The notes beneath the pieces were generated by a model. The model was not told the DNA's origin, made no database searches, and worked only from the letters and a program-made list of their open reading frames with translations. From NCBI GenBank assembly GCA_963718665.1, contig OY970359.1:1952001-2016000 (forward strand): a stretch of DNA of 64,000 bases. The letters run 5' to 3'. The position numbers were made by a program, and so were the translations under genes. Numbering within the stretch: position 1 is the stretch's first letter; each line of letters begins with the position of its first letter. Below, one piece after another: positions 16,064 to 25,306 of the stretch. This stretch comes from an uncultured Phycisphaerales bacterium. Lineage in GTDB: Bacteria > Planctomycetota > Phycisphaerae > Sedimentisphaerales > Anaerobacaceae.

Positions 16064-17595
16064 AAATGACAAATTTCCAAAAATGCACAATTGTCTCTTT
16101 AATTTTGTCTATTACACTTACATACGGCTGCTCAAAAGAAACTCAAAAGCCAGCTGCACAAAATGTAAAGCAGTTTAAAACGGATTATACAGCGGATTGG
16201 AATTCCCTTAAACAGCGAAATCCGGTGCCTGACTGGTTCCGTAATGAAAAATTCGGCATCTATTTTCACTGGGGCGTTTATTCCGTGCCTGCCTTTGAGA
16301 ACGAATGGTATCCGAGAAATATGTATGACATCAATTCGCCGGCATACAATCACCATATCAAAAACTGGGGAAAACCAGATGTATTTGGCTATCCCGATTT
16401 TGTGCCGATGTTTAAAGCAGAGAAATTTGACGCAAATGAATGGGCGGATTTATTCGTTAAGGCTGGAGCGAGATTTGCCGGCCCGGTGGCAGAGCATCAC
16501 GACGGTTTTTCCATGTGGGCAAGCAAGCTGACGCCATGGAACGCACAGGATATGGGGCCGCATCGCGACATCGTAGGCGAGCTTGAAAAGGCAATCCGCA
16601 AAAAAGGGATGCGATTTATTACCACTTTCCATCACGAGCGTAACGGCCTTTATGAAATCACAAAAGGCGGCAAGACATACTGGACGGGCCATTACGAATT
16701 CGTAAAGAAAAACTTTCCTGAGTTGCTCAACGACCCCTGCAGGGCGATTATGTATGGCTATATGCCAGCGGACAAATATTACCAGATGTGGAAAGACAAG
16801 CTCATCGAGGTCATAGACCATTATCATCCCGACTTGATGTATTTCGATGCTTGGCTCGGAGAAATTCCCGATAAATACAAAATGCCCTATCTGGCGCATT
16901 ATTTCAACGACGCCGGCAATCTCGGCAAAGAAGTCGTCGTAACATACAAAGGAGCTGATCTGCCTAATAAAGTAGGTATCCTTGACTATGAAAAAGGCCG
17001 GGCGGACAAGCTCACCAATTTCGTCTGGCTGACCGACGATACGATTTCGTATGGGTCGTGGTGTTATACGAATGACTTGAAGATAAAGAAGCCATCGGTG
17101 ATTATCAGAACGATGATTGATATTGTCAGCAAAAACGGCCAGTTGCTGCTCAATATCTCTCCTATGGCCGATGGAACGATTCCCGATAATCAAAAACAGT
17201 TGCTGCTGGCGATTGGGGACTGGATGAAAAAATATGGGGAGGCGATTTACGATACAAGGCCGTTTGTTGATTACGGCGAAGGGCCTACAAAGATGCTGTC
17301 CTCAGGCAGTTTCGTAAAAATGCAAAGTGGATACAACGACAATGATATTCGCTATACCCGAAAAAACGATATAGTTTATGCGATGACACTGGGCCAGCCA
17401 AATGCAGGCAGCGAAGTGAAGATGACGATTTTTGGCAAGGAAGGAAAAGCGGCAAATATTAAGGTTAATAAGATTACGATGCTTGGCACAAAGCAAAAGA
17501 TTAAATGGCAAAGAACAGATGAAGGACTGATTTTGAAAATGCCCGCCGATGGAAATGAAATTGCAAACGTATTTAAATTAACAATCGAAAAGTAA
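16060..17595 (+). CDS. GH29 alpha-L-fucosidase-like, probable lipoprotein
   Basis: KFGIYFHWGVYSVP, AEHHDGF, MYFD and DIVSKNGQLLLN. Confidence 0.93.
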   Translation: MKMTNFQKCTIVSLILSITLTYGCSKETQKPAAQNVKQFKTDYTADWNSLKQRNPVPDWFRNEKFGIYFHWGVYSVPAFENEWYPRNMYDINSPAYNHHIKNWGKPDVFGYPDFVPMFKAEKFDANEWADLFVKAGARFAGPVAEHHDGFSMWASKLTPWNAQDMGPHRDIVGELEKAIRKKGMRFITTFHHERNGLYEITKGGKTYWTGHYEFVKKNFPELLNDPCRAIMYGYMPADKYYQMWKDKLIEVIDHYHPDLMYFDAWLGEIPDKYKMPYLAHYFNDAGNLGKEVVVTYKGADLPNKVGILDYEKGRADKLTNFVWLTDDTISYGSWCYTNDLKIKKPSVIIRTMIDIVSKNGQLLLNISPMADGTIPDNQKQLLLAIGDWMKKYGEAIYDTRPFVDYGEGPTKMLSSGSFVKMQSGYNDNDIRYTRKNDIVYAMTLGQPNAGSEVKMTIFGKEGKAANIKVNKITMLGTKQKIKWQRTDEGLILKMPADGNEIANVFKLTIEK

Positions 17596-17617
17596 CTTAA
17601 ATTACGAAACGGCAGCC

Positions 17618-17990
17618 GGCGCAGTCAGCGACCTGACCTCGAATGCTAACTATCCTGATAATCCGACCGGCCAGGCCGAAATCACCAGTATGGAAGGACC
17701 TGCCAACTTCGCTGACTCTTATGGTCCGCGCCTTATCGGCTACATCCATCCATCAGCAACCGGCTCATACACCTTCTGGATCGCCGGTGATGATGCAACC
17801 GAACTGTGGCTTAGCACCGATGACAATCCGGCAAATGCCGTGAAAATCGGGTATAACACTCAGGCCGTTAGCCCACGCAACTGGGACCAGTCCGCAAGTC
17901 AGGAGTCGACGCCGAGAATGCTTGTTGGCGGCCAGAGATACTTCATTATGGCCCTGCACAAGGAAGTGCTACGTCAGCGACCATATCGCC
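17618..17990 (+). pseudogene. PA14 domain fragment
   Basis: GAVSDLTSNANYPDNP...YTFWIAGDDATELWLSTD...ALHKE, paralogous to the PA14 of the 6843 gene; no signal peptide; frameshift near 17966. Confidence 0.7.
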
Positions 17991-18216
17991 AATCGTCACT
18001 TCCTCAACTCACGCAATTCTAAGCACTTACGTAATTCTCGTAAAAAATTAACGGAGAGGGCGGGATTATAACCGCCCTCTTTTGAAATACCGAGCATTCG
18101 ATCCCTTTCTCCTTTTTTAATCTGAAAAAATACACGAAATACTCCCGCGGGGGACATATGACATCATGAATGTGACGTAAGTTATTACCAATAAAAGAAT
18201 TGAGGAAAGGTCAAAA

Positions 18217-18570
18217 TGGAGGCGGGGGGATTCGAACCCCCGTCCCGATATGCTTCGAGACGAGCGTACTACACACTTAGTCGTATTTATTTTTTATCGC
18301 CTCCGCGACAGGCAAACGACGGCCAATCGCTTCGGCTATTCCGGAATTTGTCTTAGCCCGCCGGCCCGAAAGCTCCGACGAGAGCAGCCCACTTCTTTAC
18401 GCCCGAATCAGGCCCGCAGGCGCAACCTGAAAGGACGGGTCGCCTATTTAGGCGGCCATTTGCAACTGGTAGTTGCCAATTAAATTTAGTGCCGGGTGAT
18501 TTACCAGGCCAACCGGCGTCCTGGGTATGCAGCTCGACTCTCCGACATCCGGTCGAAACCGTTCGCCCCC
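18217..18570 (-). ncRNA. ssrA: tmRNA; tag (A)GNYQLQMAA* at 18477-18448
   Basis: 5' GGGGGCG and 3' CGCCTCC-A acceptor stem with a G3.U pair, GGTTCGAATCC T-loop, GGTTTCGAC near the 5' end, 354 nt. Confidence 0.95.
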
Positions 18571-18615
18571 TTATCAACTTTTCAATTACGCTTGCGCGAT
18601 TCCCGCTTTCGATAT

Positions 18616-18644
18616 ATTATACCATCAACCTCTCACTAAAACAA
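18616..18644 (-). promoter_or_regulatory. sigma70-type promoter of ssrA
   Basis: TTGTTT-N17-TATAAT with extended TG. Confidence 0.65.
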
Positions 18645-18729
18645 TAAAAGCCCGTTGAAGGATAGCGTCGAGTATTATGTGTAAGATTATTTTATGCTGG
18701 CGAAAGAGTTGGCCAAGGGAAGCCCCTTA

Positions 18730-18776
18730 TTCGCTAAAGCTTCCGACTTCGTCCCTAAGGGACTACGCTGGACAAG
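18730..18776. repeat. REP-like palindromic element
   Basis: Minus strand CTTGTCCAGCGTAGTCCCTTAGGGACGAAGTCGGA resembles the elements in the prepilin leaders. Confidence 0.5.
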
Positions 18777-18789
18777 CCGCAGGGCAAAG

Positions 18790-19602
18790 TTAGGCGGAGA
18801 ATTCACGTTTTCGGGTATTGAGCTGGGCTTTTAGCCGGGCGAGAATCGATGAGTGCATCTGCGAGACCCGCGATTCGGACAAATCGAGCGTAGCGCCAAT
18901 TTCCTTCATCGTCATCTCTTCGTAATAATACAAAACGACAATCAGCCGTTCGGCTCGCGTCAGGCCCTTGGTGAGGAGGTCCTTGAGGTCGCGTTTCTGT
19001 GCCTCGATAGGGGGGTCTTCACTTTTGCGGTCCTTGATAATATCGATTTCGCGTATGTCTTTTTCGCCCTCTTCATCGCCATACTGACTGTTGAGCGATA
19101 CTATTCCGATGGCGTCGGCGTCCTGCTGCAAACGCTCGAAATCCTCCATATTCATATCCATCTCTTCTGCCAGCTCTTCCTTGCGTGGTTTGCGGCCGAG
19201 ATGTGCTTCGAGCGATTGTTTTGCCCGTGATAATTGATGTGCCCTTGCCCTGACTAATCTGGGCACCCAGTCCATACTGCGAAGCTCATCGAGGATTGAG
19301 CCGCGTATTCTGGGCGAGCAGTATGTCTCGAATTTTACGCCTCTGTCTGGGTCGAAGGCGTCGATGGCGTCCATCAATCCGAATGTGCCGGCGCTGATGA
19401 GGTCGTCAAGCTCGACTTTGCCGGGCAGTTTGGTGTGCAGACGTTCCGCGGTATAGCGAACCAGGTAGCGATAGTGCTCCATCAAGGTATTGCGGTATTT
19501 TTCCTCGTGGGATTTGTGGAAATGTTCCCAGACCTGGTCGATTTGAACTGCTGCGTTAGGTTTCACAAGATTCCTCCCTGAATTTTGTCCAAGATTAGCC
19601 AT
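18790..19602 (-). CDS. fliA: RNA polymerase sigma factor FliA/WhiG (sigma28)
   Basis: RIRGSILDELRSMDWVPR; YYEEMTMKEIGATLDLSESRVSQMHS. Confidence 0.93.
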   Translation of the reverse strand: MANLGQNSGRNLVKPNAAVQIDQVWEHFHKSHEEKYRNTLMEHYRYLVRYTAERLHTKLPGKVELDDLISAGTFGLMDAIDAFDPDRGVKFETYCSPRIRGSILDELRSMDWVPRLVRARAHQLSRAKQSLEAHLGRKPRKEELAEEMDMNMEDFERLQQDADAIGIVSLNSQYGDEEGEKDIREIDIIKDRKSEDPPIEAQKRDLKDLLTKGLTRAERLIVVLYYYEEMTMKEIGATLDLSESRVSQMHSSILARLKAQLNTRKREFSA

Positions 19603-19688
19603 CTCGGTAAGTCGCCCTTAATAAACCTTTATAATTTCACTGCCGAGCCCTATAACAACCCGGTTTTTCAGCCGCCAAATTCACATTG

Positions 19689-19716
19689 ATGTCGTCACAA
19701 AAGGCGCATGTCTTTA
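19689..19716 (-). promoter_or_regulatory. Candidate sigma28 promoter upstream of fliA
   Basis: TAAAG-N15-GACGACAT. Confidence 0.45.
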
Positions 19717-19737
19717 TAATTATTTTTGCCCGCGACT

Positions 19738-20169
19738 TTAATTAAAGCATCGTCCGGGGGAGTTTTCGTTGGCCTGTTTTTGCTTGAGCAGGTCCACGGC
19801 TATCCGCTGGTTGAGCGAATTTTCGAGCATTTTGTCTATCTGCCTGCGGAGGTATTCGTCGCGGTTTTGCTCGAAAAGGGATTTGGCGTTTTCGTCGATA
19901 TTGGCGGTTGCTTCAAAACTGCCGTTGGCGCCGAATTTGACGTTTTCGCTATCCTGTAGGATGAGCCGGCCTGAGCGTGCGTGTTCGGCAATCGCCTGGG
20001 CCATCAACCTCGAAAACTCATCGACCGGCAGGTCCCTGGGCGCAAAACCATCACTATGCATCGTGTTTATATTCTGAATCAGGATTTTCTGTCTGCTTTG
20101 CGTGAATTCGAGGATTTTTAGCAGAACTTCCGTGATGTTGTCTGTTGAGTTCAGCGTTGGGAGGTTCAT
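19738..20169 (-). CDS. Divergent FlgB-like protein
   Basis: GGAGG RBS; RQKILIQNINTMHSDGFAPRDL resembles the FlgB N-terminus; C-terminal helix ending in LLKQK. Confidence 0.6.
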   Translation of the reverse strand: MNLPTLNSTDNITEVLLKILEFTQSRQKILIQNINTMHSDGFAPRDLPVDEFSRLMAQAIAEHARSGRLILQDSENVKFGANGSFEATANIDENAKSLFEQNRDEYLRRQIDKMLENSLNQRIAVDLLKQKQANENSPGRCFN

Positions 20170-20312
20170 AGTTGGCCTCCTTGGCACGTTGCCCACAGTC
20201 CACATCGCCTATTGGCTGCTTCCCTGCTGCCTTTGAACAACGACCTTTTTCTCATCCCTGCACCTTTTATATTTCGTCCATGGGTTACCGCCGGCATCAT
20301 GCCGAAGGTCTT

Positions 20313-20624
20313 TTAATTATTATCGATTGGTCGGCCGGTTACTTTCGGCCGAACCGAACTTTCTTCTATGCTCAGTATCTTGCGTATCTCAAAAAGCGAC
20401 TTGGTCTTTTTCATTTCCATAATTTTAGACAGCCGCTCAAAAACCGATTCGTCGTAAAGTCGATGTCCGCCCTGTGTCCACTCCGCTTCGCGAATCAAGC
20501 CCATCGTCGTATAATTATGAATCGTTTGGCGAGAGAAGGGGGTGTATCGAACGATGTCGCCGATTCGATACAGCTTGGCGGGCACTTTAATCATCTCACT
20601 TGTTGTTTGTCCTGTTCGCATCAT
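20313..20624 (-). CDS. MerR-type HTH protein
   Basis: YRIGDIVRYTPFSRQTIHNYTTMGLI...TQGGHRLY. Confidence 0.85.
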   Translation of the reverse strand: MMRTGQTTSEMIKVPAKLYRIGDIVRYTPFSRQTIHNYTTMGLIREAEWTQGGHRLYDESVFERLSKIMEMKKTKSLFEIRKILSIEESSVRPKVTGRPIDNN

Positions 20625-20685
20625 CAACGTTTGTTCCTTCTGGTTTTGCGCCGGGGACAATTAAAATAACGTTTACGTTTTGTAA

Positions 20686-20714
20686 AATGTAAAATATATT
20701 GCGGTCGGCGTCAA
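20686..20714 (-). promoter_or_regulatory. sigma70-type promoter for the merR-flgB-fliA unit
   Basis: TTGACG-N17-TACATT. Confidence 0.55.
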
Positions 20715-20841
20715 GGTCTTTTTCGGTTTTTTTTGAAGTTTTTTTGGAATATTTTCGAATTCGCTTTCTGCCCGGTCTGGTGTCCGATAATACTTAGTTT
20801 TCAGTCACCTATTTGCTCGTGACGATACCTGTTTTCCAACT

Positions 20842-20868
20842 TATGTGCCCCCGCCAGGCAGCCGATAT
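20842..20868 (+). promoter_or_regulatory. Candidate sigma28 promoter upstream of the diguanylate cyclase
   Basis: TATG-N15-GCCGATAT. Confidence 0.45.
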
Positions 20869-20903
20869 AGCAAACACTATTACCCAGTAAGCATATAAAC
20901 ATT

Positions 20904-21974
20904 ATGGGACGACACAGCATAAACTCAAATGAGCGAGCCGAAAGCGGTAACCAGGGCGTTTCGCTGCTTGAGCAGATAACGCCGCTGGCGAGGCAGATTA
21001 ACTGCCTTGATATTGGGCGTATTGCCACGATATGCGTTCGGAAGATTCCCAAGCTTCTCGATGCCCGTCTTGCCTCGCTCTACCTGCTCGATGACGCCGG
21101 CACTATGCTGCACCTGCAAAGCAGCAATCACCCGTATTTGATAAATAAAATCGTCTCGATAAACCAAAACCCGCCTTCGCTTATGGTTATGGCCACCAAA
21201 AGCAAAAAGCTAATCCACATCGAAGATATTGATTCCACCAAGGATATGACCGTCAAAAAGTCGCAAAGGCCATACTCCGGCAACTATAAGACGAAAAACT
21301 GCCTTATAGTCCCGCTTTTATGCCAGGATAAAGTCGTCGGCGTACTGAATCTGGCGGATAAAGGGGGCACACAGGGGTTCACCCCGGATGATATTGCCTT
21401 AGTTGAGCTTGTGGGCCAGTTGGTCGGGGCATCGGTCGGCAATATAGCGATGTTCGAGCGAATCCAGCACCAGGCACGGACCGACGGGCTTACCGGGTTA
21501 GTCAACCATAAGACGTTCTTCGAGATTTTGGAGCGTGAACTGTGGCGGTCAAAGCGTTATGGCGAGCAGATTTCGCTGATTATGGTAGACGTCGATAACT
21601 TCAAAAAAATAAACGATAGCCTCGGCCACCGGGCTGGGGATTTTGTCATAAAGGAAATCAGCGACCGCATATTGCAGTCGATTCGCCAAATCGATACTGC
21701 GGCAAGATATGGCGGCGATGAGTTTGCGATTATACTTCCTAATACATCACTGACCGACGCGGCAGTCGTAGCGGAGCGTATGGTTAACATCGTCTCCGGC
21801 ACGCCCGTTATATGGCGAAAAGAGGAGATTCCCATTTCAATCAGTGTTGGGCTCGGGCAGTATGATTCCGAGGATTCCCCGGACGATATCGCCAGCAGGA
21901 GCGACCAGGCGCTTTACGCCGCCAAGCAAGCCGGCAAAAACACGTTTAAGATTTACCAGCCGCATAAGAAATAA
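20904..21974 (+). CDS. GAF-GGDEF diguanylate cyclase
   Basis: GAF domain; DVDNFKKINDSLGH; RQID I-site; RYGGDEF. Confidence 0.93.
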   Translation: MGRHSINSNERAESGNQGVSLLEQITPLARQINCLDIGRIATICVRKIPKLLDARLASLYLLDDAGTMLHLQSSNHPYLINKIVSINQNPPSLMVMATKSKKLIHIEDIDSTKDMTVKKSQRPYSGNYKTKNCLIVPLLCQDKVVGVLNLADKGGTQGFTPDDIALVELVGQLVGASVGNIAMFERIQHQARTDGLTGLVNHKTFFEILERELWRSKRYGEQISLIMVDVDNFKKINDSLGHRAGDFVIKEISDRILQSIRQIDTAARYGGDEFAIILPNTSLTDAAVVAERMVNIVSGTPVIWRKEEIPISISVGLGQYDSEDSPDDIASRSDQALYAAKQAGKNTFKIYQPHKK

Positions 21975-22140
21975 ACCTCAAACGCCAGACCTCAGACCAA
22001 AGACCCAGGGCCACAGACAAAGATTGTCTATTTGCGTTTAATTGCTGTGGCCGAAAGATACTCCTCGATAAACTGGGTAATTTCTTTTTATCTTAAATTC
22101 TTTTTTAGCTGTCATAAGCATAGTTTTTAATTAAGGTGGG

Positions 22141-22169
22141 TTGTGGAATCAGGCGGGAAAGGGTATAAT
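22141..22169 (+). promoter_or_regulatory. sigma70-type promoter of yebC
   Basis: TTGTGG-N17-TATAAT. Confidence 0.55.
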
Positions 22170-22232
22170 CAGTTCATAGTTGGTTGTTCATAGTTCATAG
22201 TTTGTTGTTGGCGGGAATTACAGGAGAATGAT

Positions 22233-22985
22233 ATGTCAGGACATTCGCACTGGTCGAGTATAAAGCACAAGAAGGCGTCGGCGGACGCGAAACGCGGCAA
22301 GGCGTGGAGCAAGGTTGCGAGAATGATAATCGTGGCAGCCAAGCGAGGCGGGGGCGACCCGACCGGCAATCTGTCGCTACGGTACGCAATCGACAAGGCC
22401 AAGTCGGTGAATATGCCCAAGGACACGATTGAGAAGGCCATAAAAAAGGCGACTGGTGAGGGCAGTGCGATTCATTTCGAGGAAATGGCGTATGAGGGGT
22501 ATGGGCCGAAGGGTGTGGCGATAATGGTTGATGTCCTGACGGATAACCGCGCGCGTACGGTGGCGGAGATAAAAAAGATATTCGAACGTCACGGCGGAGC
22601 GCTGGGCGCGACGGGTTGCGTCGGGTGGATGTTCCATAAAAAGGGTTTGATAACGGTTAAGACGGAGGCGGCGAAAGAAGACGATTTGATGGAGATAGCG
22701 CTGGGGGCAGGCGCCGAGGATATGCGGAACGTGGGGGGGATTTACGAGATAACGTGTCTGCCCGCGGCTTTTGAGGGATTGAAGAAGGCGCTCGAGGCCA
22801 AATCGATACCGATGGAGGTGGCAGAAGTTTCGATGGTGCCGGCCAACGAGATACCGATAAGCGACGCGGAGACGGCGAGGAAGATTGTGGGGTTGATGGA
22901 GGAGTTTGAGGACCACGAGGATGTCCAGAACGCATACGCCAACTTCAATATCCCGGATGATATAATGGCGAAGGTTTCGGGGTAA
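22233..22985 (+). CDS. yebC: YebC/PmpR family protein
   Basis: MSGHSHWSSIKHKK, YEGYGP, TDNRART. Confidence 0.95.
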   Translation: MSGHSHWSSIKHKKASADAKRGKAWSKVARMIIVAAKRGGGDPTGNLSLRYAIDKAKSVNMPKDTIEKAIKKATGEGSAIHFEEMAYEGYGPKGVAIMVDVLTDNRARTVAEIKKIFERHGGALGATGCVGWMFHKKGLITVKTEAAKEDDLMEIALGAGAEDMRNVGGIYEITCLPAAFEGLKKALEAKSIPMEVAEVSMVPANEIPISDAETARKIVGLMEEFEDHEDVQNAYANFNIPDDIMAKVSG

Positions 22986-22996
22986 TTTAGCCGAGG

Positions 22997-25306
22997 TTAT
23001 CGCAGGGGTTTTTGTTCGAGGTCTTTAATTCGCTGGGTGGCGGAGAAATATTTATCCTCATCAAGCCGGCTGAGAACTTTTCTGCCCGGATACATCAGCT
23101 TGAACTGTTTGCGGAAGCCATCTTCAATCTGCACGGCGACTTTGTAATTTTTCAGGGCCAAATCCATTCGACCGAGCTCATCGGCGATTTGGGCAAGCTT
23201 GAAGTGCAATTCGGCGTCTCCCGGGTACAGCTCGACAGCTATAGATGCGCTATCGAGAGCTTTATTGAGCAATGCTTCGTTTTGTTCGGGCTGGAGCCGT
23301 GCATAAATGGAATAAAGTTCGGAGAGTGAATCAAAGATTCTGTAATCCCTGGGGTTCCTTTCTGCGGCGATGAATAATGCCTGCTCGGCGTTATTGAATA
23401 ATTGCTCTTTTTGCACATCGGAGCGGTAAAATTCCTGAATATAAAGGTTGCCATTCTGAGATGGCGCATCGGAACTGAGAGGGTCGTCAATTGTGGCGGC
23501 GTCGAGGAAGCTGTGGGCAAGCTGGACCTGGCCTAACATCATAGAGGGGCGGGCTTTTGCGATATTGGAAGTGCTTTCCACGACAGGCAGCAGGGTGTAG
23601 TTGAAATATGCGAAGCCGATAAGCAGGGCGCCGATGACGGCGGCGGTTTTCAGCCAGAGCGGGGAGGAAATGGCAGGTTTCGGCTGGTTTTCGGTTTTGG
23701 CATTTAGGGCGATGAGACAAGCCAGCGAGGCGAAGAAGGCGGTTAGAATACCCGGCTCGAAAATGGCGAAATCAATGAGGTTGTGAATTATAAAGCCGAG
23801 AATACCGCAGAACAGAGCTATTGATGTGATATGTGTATTTTGCAGATTGTATTCTTTCGGGGAGGTTTGCAGTGTTTTTGCAAACAGCGCGACGCCTACG
23901 GCAAAAGCGGCAGCGGGGGCAGCGTAAAGGGAAAACAGGACGTATATTTTTTCATCAAATGTCGGTGCGGCGGTTTGCGGCAATATGAACGGGCGAAGGA
24001 CGATTAGGACAACCGCGGTAACGAGGGCGCAGAGCGTGGCGAGATTTATAAAATTATGTGCTTGTGTGGTTTCGAGATTGATGTTGTCATCCAATGAGTT
24101 TCGCCAAAGCGGGACAAGAATAATAATTAAAAAACCGAGGAGAGCAAGCGGGCCGTACTGTGTGAGGATGCTCAGGGCGAAGCAGTGTGGGTCTGAGACG
24201 GTTTCGGGAGCTGAAGGAGTTTTATATTGAGGATAATACGATGAGAAGTTTCCGCCGCCGACGCCCAGGAAGTGTTTGTCGAGGAACATTTTGGCGGAGG
24301 CATCCCAGTATTGCCATCGGACGAGCATGGAATTTCCCCCGGGGAGCCGGCCTGTCCTGAGGCCATATAATGCAGCAGCGTATGCCAGGGCGAGAATGCC
24401 GACGAGACAGACGGCAAGGATTATATTTTTGGGTAGTTTCGGGCGTTTGCTGCGCATAAGGAAAAAGAATATTATAATTGTGAAGAAAAATGCGCCAATT
24501 GCGCCTTTGCTGCGAGTTAATAGGAGGCCCAAAAGTATAAATGCGATAAGAAGAACGGCCAGGGCACGGTTGCCGGAAAGTTTTGGGAATGATTTACGGT
24601 TCTTGAGTATCTCAGCCAACAGGGCGATGGCGGCGAAGGATGTAAGAATGGCGAAGGAACCCGCGGAGTTGCCCGTAGTAAAGAAGGAGCGGACGTCTTT
24701 GGAGTAAAGGCGGTGTTCGAGGAGGATATGATTGAAGGAGTTTTTCTGGATGCCGAGCTGCTGGAGCATTGCGTCGGGGTCGTCCTGATACTGCTGAATC
24801 ATGAGGTTGTTTTCGATGAAGAACTGGTCTGCGGATTGGATGAAAGCCACGACGCCGAGCGAGGCGAGCGTGATGAGGAGGATTTTGATTTTGGTGTGCG
24901 AGTCAAGCAGACACGTGAGCATAATCGCCATAAAAATTGGTGCAAGAAGGGTGACGGCGGAGGTGATTGCGGAGCGTTTATTGGCGGCGTAAAGCGTGGT
25001 GATAATTATGCCGGTAATCAGGAATACCAGGCCGAGGATGGAAGAGGATATTTTGAAGGATGGGCGATTGCTGAAAAGTTTGGCAAGGCACCAGATGAGA
25101 AAGGTAAATATGAGTATTCCGGAAACGCACAGGGAAAAGACAGTATCGTTAAGAACGGCCTGTATTGGAGACGACTGCGGGGTCGGGGCTTCAGAACTGG
25201 TAGCACGTAGAACGATTACGGCGATGCAGAAGGGAAAGAGCAGTGTTTCGAGCAGAGCAAGGAATTTATTTTTTGAATTATCAATTTTTGTTTTCGTATC
25301 GGTCAT
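22997..25306 (-). CDS. O-antigen ligase/Wzy_C-like polytopic membrane protein with C-terminal TPRs
   Basis: Many TM segments; TRSKGA, RWQYW, GVGGGNF, DPH; TPR-like C-terminus. Confidence 0.8.
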   Translation of the reverse strand: MTDTKTKIDNSKNKFLALLETLLFPFCIAVIVLRATSSEAPTPQSSPIQAVLNDTVFSLCVSGILIFTFLIWCLAKLFSNRPSFKISSSILGLVFLITGIIITTLYAANKRSAITSAVTLLAPIFMAIMLTCLLDSHTKIKILLITLASLGVVAFIQSADQFFIENNLMIQQYQDDPDAMLQQLGIQKNSFNHILLEHRLYSKDVRSFFTTGNSAGSFAILTSFAAIALLAEILKNRKSFPKLSGNRALAVLLIAFILLGLLLTRSKGAIGAFFFTIIIFFFLMRSKRPKLPKNIILAVCLVGILALAYAAALYGLRTGRLPGGNSMLVRWQYWDASAKMFLDKHFLGVGGGNFSSYYPQYKTPSAPETVSDPHCFALSILTQYGPLALLGFLIIILVPLWRNSLDDNINLETTQAHNFINLATLCALVTAVVLIVLRPFILPQTAAPTFDEKIYVLFSLYAAPAAAFAVGVALFAKTLQTSPKEYNLQNTHITSIALFCGILGFIIHNLIDFAIFEPGILTAFFASLACLIALNAKTENQPKPAISSPLWLKTAAVIGALLIGFAYFNYTLLPVVESTSNIAKARPSMMLGQVQLAHSFLDAATIDDPLSSDAPSQNGNLYIQEFYRSDVQKEQLFNNAEQALFIAAERNPRDYRIFDSLSELYSIYARLQPEQNEALLNKALDSASIAVELYPGDAELHFKLAQIADELGRMDLALKNYKVAVQIEDGFRKQFKLMYPGRKVLSRLDEDKYFSATQRIKDLEQKPLR

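Noticed and set aside
18250..18577. Short ORFs over tmRNA, and 32637-32984 over tRNA-Leu
   Set aside because: They overlap structural RNA genes.
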